From Myxococcota bacterium (lineage in GTDB: Bacteria; Myxococcota_A; UBA9160; SZUA-336), in assembly GCA_965247115.1 (NCBI GenBank), contig CBDFGR010000003.1:2240001-2304000 (forward strand): a stretch of DNA of 64,000 nt. The letters are read 5' to 3'. Of the stretch, positions 19,634 through 28,314 are shown in pieces. Both the position numbers and the translations under genes were made by a program. Every line of letters begins with the position of its first letter. Positions within the stretch are counted from its first letter, which is position 1. Below the pieces are notes generated by a model. That model saw only the letters and a list, made by a program, of their open reading frames with translations, was not told the origin of the DNA and did no database searches.

Positions 19634-20787
19634 GTAGGCTCGATTCTCTCTCTGCGTGCTCCGCCGAGCGCCTGCCCGACCAGTCCCTTGACGTCGAGGC
19701 CGCGCTCGATCGTCTCCAGGCTGTCGGGCCGCGTCCACGTCGCGGGCTTGCGCGGCATCAGGTAGCTGCAGCAGTCCTCGTCTGGCTCGATGGAGATCTC
19801 GTAGGTCCCGATCCCCTCGGCGGCCTCGATGATCTCGATCTTGTCCATTCCAACCAGTGGTCGGAGCAGGGGCAGGCTCGTCGCCCGTCCCACGGTGTCC
19901 AGATTCGCGAGCGTCTGGGAGGAGACCTGACCGAGGCTGTCGCCCGTGACCAGGGCCAGGGCTCGCTCGGTCTCCGCGATCGCCTCTGCCACACGCAGCA
20001 TGAAGCGCCGGTACAGGATGATGCGCGGCTCGGCCGGAGCCTCGCGCACGAGCGTCTGCTGGATCTCTCCGAACGGAATCTGGTAGAGGCTGGTCGGTCC
20101 CTGGAGCGCGGCGAGGTGCGCGACCAGATCTCTTACCTTGTACTGCGACGCCGCGCTCGTGTAGGGCGCGCTGTGAAAGTGAACATAGACGAGCTCGAGG
20201 CCGCGCTTCAGCATCCGATGAGAAGCCACCGGGGAGTCGATGCCGCCAGAGATCAGCGACACCGCGCGGCCCGCCGATCCGACCGGCAGCCCGCCCGGTC
20301 CGGGCAGCTTCTGCCACAGCAGGATCGCTTCCTCGGAGAGCAGGTGCAGCTCGACCCACAGCTCGGGATTCGAGAGGTCGACCTTCTTTCCCGTGCGCTC
20401 CACGATCCTCGCCCCGAGCTCGCGACAGAGCTCGCTCGAGGTCCAGGGGTGCTTCTTGTCGGCCCGCCGCACCCGCACGCCGAAGGTCTCGAAGGAAGCC
20501 TGATCGACGAGGGCGTCCACTCCCCTCCGGATCTCCTCGAGTGTCGGCTCGAGCATGCTGGCTCGGCTGAAGTAGGCGACGCCGAACACCTGCTCGATCC
20601 TCCGGCTCGCCTCGCCGAAGTCGACGCCCGAGGGCAGCTCCACGAGCAGGCGTCCGTACAGGCTTCGGACATCGCGACAGCCGAGGGGCGCTAGGACGCG
20701 TCGCAGCTGGCGGCGGAGCAGCTGCTCGAAACGGGGCCGATTGCGGCCCTTGAGCGCTATCTCAGCGTAGTGAACGACGACGTGCAC
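19630..20787 (-). CDS. thiI: tRNA 4-thiouridine sulfurtransferase (THUMP + PP-loop)
   Basis: EIALKGRNR, GGLPVG, SGGIDSPVA, GDSLGQVSSQT, EDCC. Confidence 0.95.
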   Translation of the reverse strand: MHVVVHYAEIALKGRNRPRFEQLLRRQLRRVLAPLGCRDVRSLYGRLLVELPSGVDFGEASRRIEQVFGVAYFSRASMLEPTLEEIRRGVDALVDQASFETFGVRVRRADKKHPWTSSELCRELGARIVERTGKKVDLSNPELWVELHLLSEEAILLWQKLPGPGGLPVGSAGRAVSLISGGIDSPVASHRMLKRGLELVYVHFHSAPYTSAASQYKVRDLVAHLAALQGPTSLYQIPFGEIQQTLVREAPAEPRIILYRRFMLRVAEAIAETERALALVTGDSLGQVSSQTLANLDTVGRATSLPLLRPLVGMDKIEIIEAAEGIGTYEISIEPDEDCCSYLMPRKPATWTRPDSLETIERGLDVKGLVGQALGGARRERIEPT

Positions 20788-20802
20788 GCGGGGACTATAG
20801 CC

Positions 20803-21678
20803 TTACCGCTGGCACTTGGCGCAGAAGTGGGTACCCCTCTGCGCGATCGTGATCCTCCGGATCTTGCTACCGCAGCCCGGACATGGCTCGCCGGTCCTGG
20901 CGTAGACGCGGCGCTCGTTCTGATAGGTGCCGTCTGTTCCGTCGGGGGAAATGTAATCGCTGATGCTGGAGCCCCCCGACTCGATCGCGCGTTCCAGAAT
21001 CCCGTGGAGCGCCTCGATCACGGAGTTGCACTCTTTGCGAGTCACGCGCCTTGCGCGCCGTGTCGGCCGGACCTGAGCCAGGAACAGGCATTCGTCCGCA
21101 TAGATGTTCCCGACCCCGGCAATGGTCGACTGGTCCAGCAGCAGGCTCTTGATCTCGATCTTGCGTCCGCGGGCCGCGCGAAAGAGCTGCTCTCCCGTTG
21201 CCAGCAGGGCGTCGACGCCCAGCTTCTCGAGGCGCGGCTCGCGCTCTCCCGGCTCGAGGAGCCGCACCTTTCCGAACTTGCGCACGTCTCTCATCAGCAC
21301 CTTGGATCCGCCGTCTTCGAAGCAGAGCTGCAGATGCGTGTGACGATCGGGTGCGAAGCGGGTCTGTTGCTCGGGCGAGAGGGAGGAACGCGCGGAGGCT
21401 GAGAGCAGTCGGGGGCTCGCTGCCTCCTCGGAGAAGAGCTGACCCGACATGCCGAGGTGGAGCAAGAGCCTCCGGCCGTCATCCAGCAGGGCTACCAGGT
21501 ACTTGCCGTGACGTTCGAGCCCGGTGACAGAGCGACCTGCGAGACGTCGGCGCAGGCGCCGCGGGTCCGTCAGAAAGAAGTAGCTGTTCCCCGTGGTGAG
21601 GACCCGTGAGATGCGTCTGCCCACGAGCAGCCCCTCGATGCGGCGGCGCGTGACCTCGACTTCCGGTAGCTCGGGCAT
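20803..21678 (-). CDS. mutM: Formamidopyrimidine-DNA glycosylase
   Basis: MPELPEVE, GKYL, HLGMSG, GVGNIYADE and a C-terminal Cys4 zinc finger. Confidence 0.96.
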   Translation of the reverse strand: MPELPEVEVTRRRIEGLLVGRRISRVLTTGNSYFFLTDPRRLRRRLAGRSVTGLERHGKYLVALLDDGRRLLLHLGMSGQLFSEEAASPRLLSASARSSLSPEQQTRFAPDRHTHLQLCFEDGGSKVLMRDVRKFGKVRLLEPGEREPRLEKLGVDALLATGEQLFRAARGRKIEIKSLLLDQSTIAGVGNIYADECLFLAQVRPTRRARRVTRKECNSVIEALHGILERAIESGGSSISDYISPDGTDGTYQNERRVYARTGEPCPGCGSKIRRITIAQRGTHFCAKCQR

Positions 21679-21701
21679 GTGTCATGCTAAATATATCCGG
21701 C

Positions 21702-23486
21702 ATGAGAGAACGGGTCTTCGGAATCGAGACGGAGTACGCGCTGATTTACCACCCGCGAGCGGGCGTGAGTCAGCGGGGCCCCACCAAGCTCGAGCTGTAT
21801 CGGCGCTTCGAGGCGGCCCTGCTCCGGCGCGTGCGCACCTTGCCTCAGGGCTTCTCTCCCCTGCGGCCAAAAGGCGGCCGCTTCCTGGAGAACGGCACGA
21901 CCTTTCACTATGAGGCCAGCGCGGACGAGTACGAGAGCGGACTGCTCGAGATGGCGAGCCCGGAGTGCCGTGATCCCTTCGCGCTGATCCACTTCGAGCG
22001 GGCGAAGGACGAGCTGGTGGAAGAGCTGGCTCACGAGGTGAACGAGCAGCTTGCGCTCGCCGGCTACCGCGGCCAGGTACGGCTCGGGAAGAACAACATA
22101 GATAGTCAGGGCAACACCTTTGGCTCGCACGAGAGCTACTGGGTGGAGGATCGCTTCTCCTTGGGACTGCGCCTGCTCTTCGTGCCGCTGTGGCTGCTGT
22201 TGTGCTTGCTCTCGCTGCCTGTCGTCCTCTACCTGCTGGGGCTGCGAGTTGCGTTCGTCGTGCTGGCACTCGCGACTGGACTCTCGCTCCTGGTCGTGGG
22301 CGCAGTGCTGCGGGTCGTGCGACCTGGCGCCGCGCAACGAGTCTTCGGGGCGGTGGAGCGCTTTGCCCGTCAGCTGGAGGACCACCCCGGCGAGCTGGCG
22401 CGCCGCACGCAGAACCTGATCGCTCCGATCTATCCGCTCATGAGTCTCCACTCCGCCGTCTACAATCGCTTCCACTTCCGACGCTTCCGCAAATACCTGA
22501 CCGGCTTCCTCGTTTCGCGCACTCTCTACACGGGAGCCGGAACGCTCTCTTTCGACGGCGGGCCGCTGCTCCGGCTCGCTCAGCGACCACCGTTTCTCAA
22601 GACGCTGGCTCGGATCTTCCCTGATGGCGACGAGCGCCCGCTCTACGAGACGCGCGACCTCTTCTTTCAGCCCTGGTCTGCGCTCCGCGCGCGGCGGCGT
22701 CTGCACCTGCTGATAGGAGACGCGAACCTGTCGGAATGGGCGCAGGTGCTGCGCGTGGGCGCGACGGCGCTCGTGCTGGAGGCGATCGAGTCCGGTGTCG
22801 AGTTCGACTGGCCCGTGTTGAGTGCACCGCTTGCGTCACTGCGCCGGATCAACCGCGATCCCGAGCTCGGCGCAGAGCTGGAGCTGGTCGGAGGGGCGCG
22901 AATGACCGCCCTCGAGCTCCAGCGCGCCTATCTGCACGGTGTGCGACAGGTGCTCGGGAACGCGCCTCAGCAGGCGTGGAAGCGCCGTGTGCTCGAGTAC
23001 TGGGAGGAGACCCTGGAGGCGCTGGAGCTCGATCCGCAGTCGCTTGCCGATCGTGTCGACTGGATCGCGAAGGCGCGGCTCCTGCGCGAGGAGATCGAAG
23101 ATCCCCGAGACCGCAGCGAGCTGCGACAGCGCGGCGCGGAGCTCCTGGCAGACGAGGGTCCGCACGGTCCTGCGGATGCACGGCTGCGAGAGCTGGCGTT
23201 CCGGGCCTGGCGGGTCGACCTGCGCTATCACGAGCTCTCCCCGCGCGGTGGCTACCGGCGGCTCGAGGCGCGCGGCCTCATGCGCCGCCTGACCGACCCC
23301 GAGCGAGTGACCAGAGCCCGCACGTCGCCGCCCGACGACACGCGCGCCTGGGCACGCGGCCGGGCGATCAAGTGGGCGCACGCGCAGGCCGTCTCCGGAA
23401 GGGCGGGCTGGCACCGCGTGCGGATCGGAAAGTTCGATTGGAGGTTCTTTCCCGATCCCCTCGACTCTCAGCGCCAGGGCGAGTAG
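21702..23486 (+). CDS. Pup ligase/deamidase (PafA/Dop) family protein with a hydrophobic insertion
   Basis: FGIETEY, FLENG, EMASPEC, KNNIDSQGNTFGSHESY, FLVSRTLYTGAG, RRLHLLIGDANLSE, DWIAK, DLRYHEL, PPDDTRAWARG. Confidence 0.88.
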   Translation: MRERVFGIETEYALIYHPRAGVSQRGPTKLELYRRFEAALLRRVRTLPQGFSPLRPKGGRFLENGTTFHYEASADEYESGLLEMASPECRDPFALIHFERAKDELVEELAHEVNEQLALAGYRGQVRLGKNNIDSQGNTFGSHESYWVEDRFSLGLRLLFVPLWLLLCLLSLPVVLYLLGLRVAFVVLALATGLSLLVVGAVLRVVRPGAAQRVFGAVERFARQLEDHPGELARRTQNLIAPIYPLMSLHSAVYNRFHFRRFRKYLTGFLVSRTLYTGAGTLSFDGGPLLRLAQRPPFLKTLARIFPDGDERPLYETRDLFFQPWSALRARRRLHLLIGDANLSEWAQVLRVGATALVLEAIESGVEFDWPVLSAPLASLRRINRDPELGAELELVGGARMTALELQRAYLHGVRQVLGNAPQQAWKRRVLEYWEETLEALELDPQSLADRVDWIAKARLLREEIEDPRDRSELRQRGAELLADEGPHGPADARLRELAFRAWRVDLRYHELSPRGGYRRLEARGLMRRLTDPERVTRARTSPPDDTRAWARGRAIKWAHAQAVSGRAGWHRVRIGKFDWRFFPDPLDSQRQGE

Positions 23487-23517
23487 CTCGGCCAGGCGAA
23501 TCAGTTAGCTTCGCCGC

Positions 23518-23805
23518 ATGCGGATCGCCGCAGAGACCGTTCTGCGCATGGCACGCCTCGCGCGGCTCGAGCTCCAACCGGACGAGGTGGAGCGCATGCG
23601 CGAGGATCTGGACGCCATCCTGACCTACGTCGAGCGCCTCGACGAGCTCGACACGTCGGCGGTCCCTCCCACCACCCACGTTCTCGAGCTCACGACACCG
23701 CTGCGACCCGACGAGGTGCACGGCGTGTTGAAGGTTTCCGAGGTCGTCCGCAACGCACCAGAGCACACCGAGTCCGCCATGGTCGTGCCCAAGGTCCTCG
23801 AGTGA
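23518..23805 (+). CDS. gatC: Asp/Glu-tRNA amidotransferase subunit C
   Basis: ARLARLEL, LDELDT, LRPDEV, NAPE...VVPKV. Confidence 0.93.
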   Translation: MRIAAETVLRMARLARLELQPDEVERMREDLDAILTYVERLDELDTSAVPPTTHVLELTTPLRPDEVHGVLKVSEVVRNAPEHTESAMVVPKVLE

Positions 23806-25328
23806 ACAGCCCTCTCGACCCGCTCTGTGCGGAGACACTGGGCGGCATCTCGCGTCTCGTGGCGGCTGGACAGGTGAGCTGTCGAGAGGTGGTCAAGAGC
23901 TGCCTCGACCGTATCGAGGCCGTCGACTCCAGGGTGGGAGCGTTTCTCTCGCTGCGGAGCGAGGAGGCGCTGCGCGAGGCCGAGGCGGCGGACCAGGCTC
24001 GTTCGAGCAGTGCGGCGCGATCCCCGCTCCACGGTCTGCCGATCGCGATCAAGGACAACCTCGTGAGCCCACGCTTCGAGACACGCTGCGCCTCACAGAT
24101 CCTGCGCGGCTATCGCTCGGCGTACGAGGCGACGGTCCTCACGAAGCTCGGCGAGGTCGGCATGGTGATCATCGGCTCCGCGAACATGGACGAGTTCGCG
24201 ATGGGATCTTCGTGCGAGAACTCCGCGCTCCAGACCACGCGAAATCCCTGGGATCTCGCTCGCGTTCCCGGCGGATCGAGTGGGGGCAGCGCGGCCGCCG
24301 TCGCAGCCCGCGAGGTGCCCGCCGCACTCGGGACGGACACCGGCGGCTCGATCCGCCAGCCCGCTGCGCTCTGCGGGGTGGTCGGGCTCAAGCCGACCTA
24401 TGGGCGTGTCTCCCGCTACGGCCTCGTGGCCTTCGCGAGCTCGCTCGATCAGATCGGCACGCTCACCCGCAGCGTCGGGGATGCGGCACTCCTGCTCGGT
24501 GGGATCGCAGGACACGATGCACGAGACGCCACCTCGTCGTCCCGCTCGGTTCCCGACTACCACTCCGCCCTCGGTGAGTCGATCGCGGGGCTGCGCGTGG
24601 GGCTCCCGAGGGAGATGCTCGATGAGGAAGGCTGCGATCCGGAGACCATGAACCGGCTGCGGGAGGCCGTTGCCGTGCTCGAATCTCTCGGCGCACGGAC
24701 CGTCGAAGTGTCGTTGCCTCACAGCTCCTACGGGATCTCCGCCTACTACTTGATCTGTACCGCGGAGGCCTCCTCCAACCTGTCGCGTTACGACGGGGTC
24801 AAGTACGGGTTTCGAGCGGACTCCGACTCGCTGGAAGACATGTACATGAAGACGCGCTCGCGCGGTTTCGGCAGAGAGGTCAAGCGACGCATCCTGCTCG
24901 GCACCTACGTGCTCTCCGCAGGCTACTACGACGCGTACTACCGGAAGGCGCAACAGGTGCGGAGCCTGATCCGCCGCGACTTCGAGGCGGCCTTCGAGTC
25001 GTGCGACGTGCTCGTGAGCCCAACGACTCCCGGGCCGGCCTGGCCCCTCGGCGAGCGGCTCGAAGACCCCCTGCAGATGTACCTCTCCGACGTATTCACC
25101 GTGACGGTGAACCTGGCCGGCCTGCCTGCCCTCTCTCTGCCGTGCGGCTTTGTCGGGGAGGGACTGCCCGCGGGCATGCAGCTGATCGGGAGGCCTCTTG
25201 ACGAGGCGACGCTCCTGCGTGTCGGAGACGCCTATCAGCGTGAGACGCAGTGGCACGAAGCGTCGCCCGAGCCGTGGCACGAAGCGTTGCCCGAGACGCG
25301 GCACGAAGCGTTGTCGACAGGATCGTAG
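23802..25328 (+). CDS. gatA: Asp/Glu-tRNA amidotransferase subunit A
   Basis: AIKDN, NMDEFAMGSS, PGGSSGGSAAAVA, DTGGSIRQP, SNLSRYDG, EVKRRILLGTYVLSAGYYDAYY. Confidence 0.96.
   Translation: MNSPLDPLCAETLGGISRLVAAGQVSCREVVKSCLDRIEAVDSRVGAFLSLRSEEALREAEAADQARSSSAARSPLHGLPIAIKDNLVSPRFETRCASQILRGYRSAYEATVLTKLGEVGMVIIGSANMDEFAMGSSCENSALQTTRNPWDLARVPGGSSGGSAAAVAAREVPAALGTDTGGSIRQPAALCGVVGLKPTYGRVSRYGLVAFASSLDQIGTLTRSVGDAALLLGGIAGHDARDATSSSRSVPDYHSALGESIAGLRVGLPREMLDEEGCDPETMNRLREAVAVLESLGARTVEVSLPHSSYGISAYYLICTAEASSNLSRYDGVKYGFRADSDSLEDMYMKTRSRGFGREVKRRILLGTYVLSAGYYDAYYRKAQQVRSLIRRDFEAAFESCDVLVSPTTPGPAWPLGERLEDPLQMYLSDVFTVTVNLAGLPALSLPCGFVGEGLPAGMQLIGRPLDEATLLRVGDAYQRETQWHEASPEPWHEALPETRHEALSTGS
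25250..25320 (+). repeat. Three imperfect 24-bp tandem repeats in the gatA 3' end
   Basis: GTGGCACGAAGCGTCGCCCGAGCC / GTGGCACGAAGCGTTGCCCGAGAC / GCGGCACGAAGCGTTGTCGACAG. Confidence 0.85.
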
Positions 25329-25329
25329 C

Positions 25330-27228
25330 GTGCGACGTGTGGTCTTCGTCGCTGGCGGACTGCTGCTGGCACTCGGCCTGGTCGTCGTCGCGTTGCTGCT
25401 GCTGGTCGATCCGGAGGAGCTGCGCGAGCCGATCCTGGAACGAGCAGGCCTCGCCCTGGGACGCGAGATCCAGCTCGGGGAGCTCGACCTCGCCCTGTTT
25501 CCGCCTGCCCTGCGCGCGCGAGACATCCGCATTGCGGGACACGCGGCCGAGGACCCGCCCCTGGCCGAGGTCGCCGAGCTGCGGCTGAGGATCTCGGCGC
25601 TCGCCCTGCTCGCGGGTCGTGTCGTGCTCCGTGCGGTCGCTGTGGACAGCCCGCGGCTCCGCATTCCGCTCGATGCCGAGGGCATGCCCGACCTGGCGAA
25701 GCTCCCTGGCGCGTCGACTGGAGAGCCAGCGTCGGAGCCTGGCGCGGATGTCGGCGCGCCGCTCACGCTTGCCGTGCAGACCCTGACGATCAACGATGCG
25801 GAGCTCGAGGCGGGACCCTGGCGCGTGGAGGGTGCGAGTGCGCGGGGCTCCCTCGAGCTGGACGGGAGCGGCGAGCTCTTTTTCGACGCCGATCTCCCTG
25901 GCATCGGCACGCTGCGCGCTGGCCGCGTCCTCGTGGCCGGACTGGGAACCGACGAGCTCGCCGCGACGATCAGCAGTGAGCTCGGACTCGACCTCGCCCC
26001 GCTGGCCGAGCGGCTCGAGCTCGATCCCGTAGAGGGGCGGGTCGCGGGTCCCGCCTCGGCCACGTTCGAGGCCGGACAGCTGGCCGGCGCCGATGCCCAC
26101 CTGGAGGTCGCGGACCTGCGGGTGCAGCGGGGAGATATGGGTCTTCAGGGCGACATCGGCGCGGACGCCAGCCTGCGCGGAGAGGGTCCACTGGAGCTCA
26201 CGCTTCGCCTCGGCAGCAACGAGCTGCGCGTGCAGGTGGACCTCGCTGCGGCGACGCCCACGCTCGAGCTCCAGCCCGGCAGCATCGACCTCGAAGCGCT
26301 CGGGCCCTACCTGACAGGAGTGCCCGCTCTCTCCGGCCGACTCCAGCTCGACACCCTGCGCGTGCGCCCCGAGCCGCTGCAGGTGTCGGGGCTCCTGGGA
26401 CTCGAGGACGTCACGCTGCCCCTCGAGCAGGGCGAGGCGCGCCTATCGGGCTCGCTCGTCGGCGCTGGCAATGTGGTCCGCTTCGATGCGTCAGAGGTCC
26501 ACGTTGCCGGGGAGCCCGCGACGCTCTCGGGGAGCTACGATCTGGTAGCGGGCTCCGTCGCGCTGAACGTCGGCACCAGCGAGGCGAATGTCGGGGCGCT
26601 GCTGCAAGCGCTCATGGGAAGCTCGGAGCTCACTGGCAGCCTCACGTCCAGCGCCAGCCTGGCGGGTCCGCCAGAGCTCGAGAGCATCTCCGGTTCCGGC
26701 AGCTTCCGGATCGACGACGGACGCATCCAGGGTTTCTCGCTCTTGCAACAGGTCTTCGGAGACCTGGCGACGCTGCCCGTGCTGCTCGCTCAGCTGGAGG
26801 GGAAGGATCTCTCACGCTACGAGGAGGAACAGTTCGAGAGCCTGTCTGCGGACTACACGCTTGCAGACGCTCGGCTCAGCACCCAAAACCTCACGCTGGT
26901 CTACCGCAACGCGACCGCCTACCTGCGCGGAGGGATCGGCCTGGTGGACGGTGCGCTGGATCTCTCGGGTCGCGTGGTGCTCTCGCGAGAGGTGGACGAG
27001 GAGCTCGGCAAAGGCTCGCGTCGCCAGACCGTAATTCCCATCGCCGCCGTTGGAGGCACCGTCGACCGCCCGCGCCTGCGTCTGGACCGGCAGGCTCTCG
27101 CGGGCCTCGCGCTGGAATACGCTACTGGCTCCGATCGCCTGCAGGAGAAGATCGAGGAGGCGATTGGTGAGGAGGGCGCGGGCACGGTGAGGGATCTGCT
27201 CGACAGCCTGCTGCGCGGCAATCCATGA
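25330..27228 (+). CDS. AsmA-family protein
   Basis: N-terminal TM anchor, ALGREIQLG, beta-rich body, C-terminal IPIAAVGGTVDRP. Confidence 0.8.
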   Translation: MRRVVFVAGGLLLALGLVVVALLLLVDPEELREPILERAGLALGREIQLGELDLALFPPALRARDIRIAGHAAEDPPLAEVAELRLRISALALLAGRVVLRAVAVDSPRLRIPLDAEGMPDLAKLPGASTGEPASEPGADVGAPLTLAVQTLTINDAELEAGPWRVEGASARGSLELDGSGELFFDADLPGIGTLRAGRVLVAGLGTDELAATISSELGLDLAPLAERLELDPVEGRVAGPASATFEAGQLAGADAHLEVADLRVQRGDMGLQGDIGADASLRGEGPLELTLRLGSNELRVQVDLAAATPTLELQPGSIDLEALGPYLTGVPALSGRLQLDTLRVRPEPLQVSGLLGLEDVTLPLEQGEARLSGSLVGAGNVVRFDASEVHVAGEPATLSGSYDLVAGSVALNVGTSEANVGALLQALMGSSELTGSLTSSASLAGPPELESISGSGSFRIDDGRIQGFSLLQQVFGDLATLPVLLAQLEGKDLSRYEEEQFESLSADYTLADARLSTQNLTLVYRNATAYLRGGIGLVDGALDLSGRVVLSREVDEELGKGSRRQTVIPIAAVGGTVDRPRLRLDRQALAGLALEYATGSDRLQEKIEEAIGEEGAGTVRDLLDSLLRGNP

Positions 27229-28268
27229 GCTTCTTCACCCTGCGTCTCGCACCGGACGGTGTGGAGATGCTCGACCAGCGCGCGCTGCCCGGCGAGGAGA
27301 AGTACGAGCTGTTCAGGAGCGGTGAGGAAGTGGCTCGCGCCATCGAGGACATGGTCGTGCGAGGCGCACCGGCCATCGGTGTAGCAGCCGCGATGGGAGT
27401 CGCGGTAGAGCTGTCGCGCTGCCCGGATGATCAGCTCGGCGCGACGCTCGAGCGCACCCTGGAGCGACTCGCGCGCACGCGCCCGACCGCCGTGAATCTC
27501 TCCTGGGCGCTCGACCGGATCTCCTCGCACCTCCGGCGTCTGCTCGCGGAGGCCGTGGCCCCGGAGCAGCTGCGCGCCGAGGCCAGGGCGCTGGCCCAGG
27601 CCATGCACGACGAGGACGTGGCCACGTGTCGGGCCATCGGTGAGTGCGGCCTGGAGCTCTTCGCGCCGGGGGTGCGGGCGCTGACGCACTGCAACGCCGG
27701 CGCGCTCGCGACTGCAGGGTACGGCACGGCACTGGGCGTCATCCGCTCGGCTGCGCGCGAGGGACGGATCGAGCGCGTGCTCGCGTCCGAGACTCGGCCC
27801 TACCTGCAAGGCGCCCGGCTCACGGCCTGGGAACTCAGCCGGGACGACATTCCCGTGACTCTGATCACCGACTCCATGGGTGGGGCGCTGATGGCCCGGG
27901 GCGAGATCGACCTGGTGATCGTTGGAGCGGATCGTATCGCGCGGAACGGCGATGTCGCGAACAAGATCGGTACCTACAGCCTGGCGGTACTGGCGCACGC
28001 TCACGGCATCCCCTTCTACGTCGCGGCTCCACTCTCCACCGTCGATCCGAAGACCGCGACAGGAGCGGACATCCCGATCGAGGAGCGCAGCTCTGAGGAG
28101 GTCGTGGTGTTTGCCGGCCAGCGCATCACGCCGAAGGAGGTCTCGGCGCTTCACCCGGCCTTCGACGTGACGCCAGCCGCGTACATCAGCGCCATCGTGA
28201 CGGAGCGGGGAATCGCGCGCGCACCCTTCGAGCAGGGGCTCAGAGACTTACTGACCTCCGACCTCTGA
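27225..28268 (+). CDS. mtnA: S-methyl-5-thioribose-1-phosphate isomerase
   Basis: LDQRALP, VRGAPAIG, RPTAVNL, THCNAGALAT, ETRPYLQGARLT, NKIGTY. Confidence 0.96.
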   Translation: MSFFTLRLAPDGVEMLDQRALPGEEKYELFRSGEEVARAIEDMVVRGAPAIGVAAAMGVAVELSRCPDDQLGATLERTLERLARTRPTAVNLSWALDRISSHLRRLLAEAVAPEQLRAEARALAQAMHDEDVATCRAIGECGLELFAPGVRALTHCNAGALATAGYGTALGVIRSAAREGRIERVLASETRPYLQGARLTAWELSRDDIPVTLITDSMGGALMARGEIDLVIVGADRIARNGDVANKIGTYSLAVLAHAHGIPFYVAAPLSTVDPKTATGADIPIEERSSEEVVVFAGQRITPKEVSALHPAFDVTPAAYISAIVTERGIARAPFEQGLRDLLTSDL

Positions 28269-28314
28269 CCGATAGAGCTGAGAGGTCCCAGGCTCTTCCG
28301 GAGGCGCGCCAGGC

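Noticed and set aside
20790..23810. A Pup/UBact small modifier gene near the PafA-like gene
   Set aside because: The flanks are fully occupied by mutM and gatC; I found no small acidic ORF ending GGE/GGQ.
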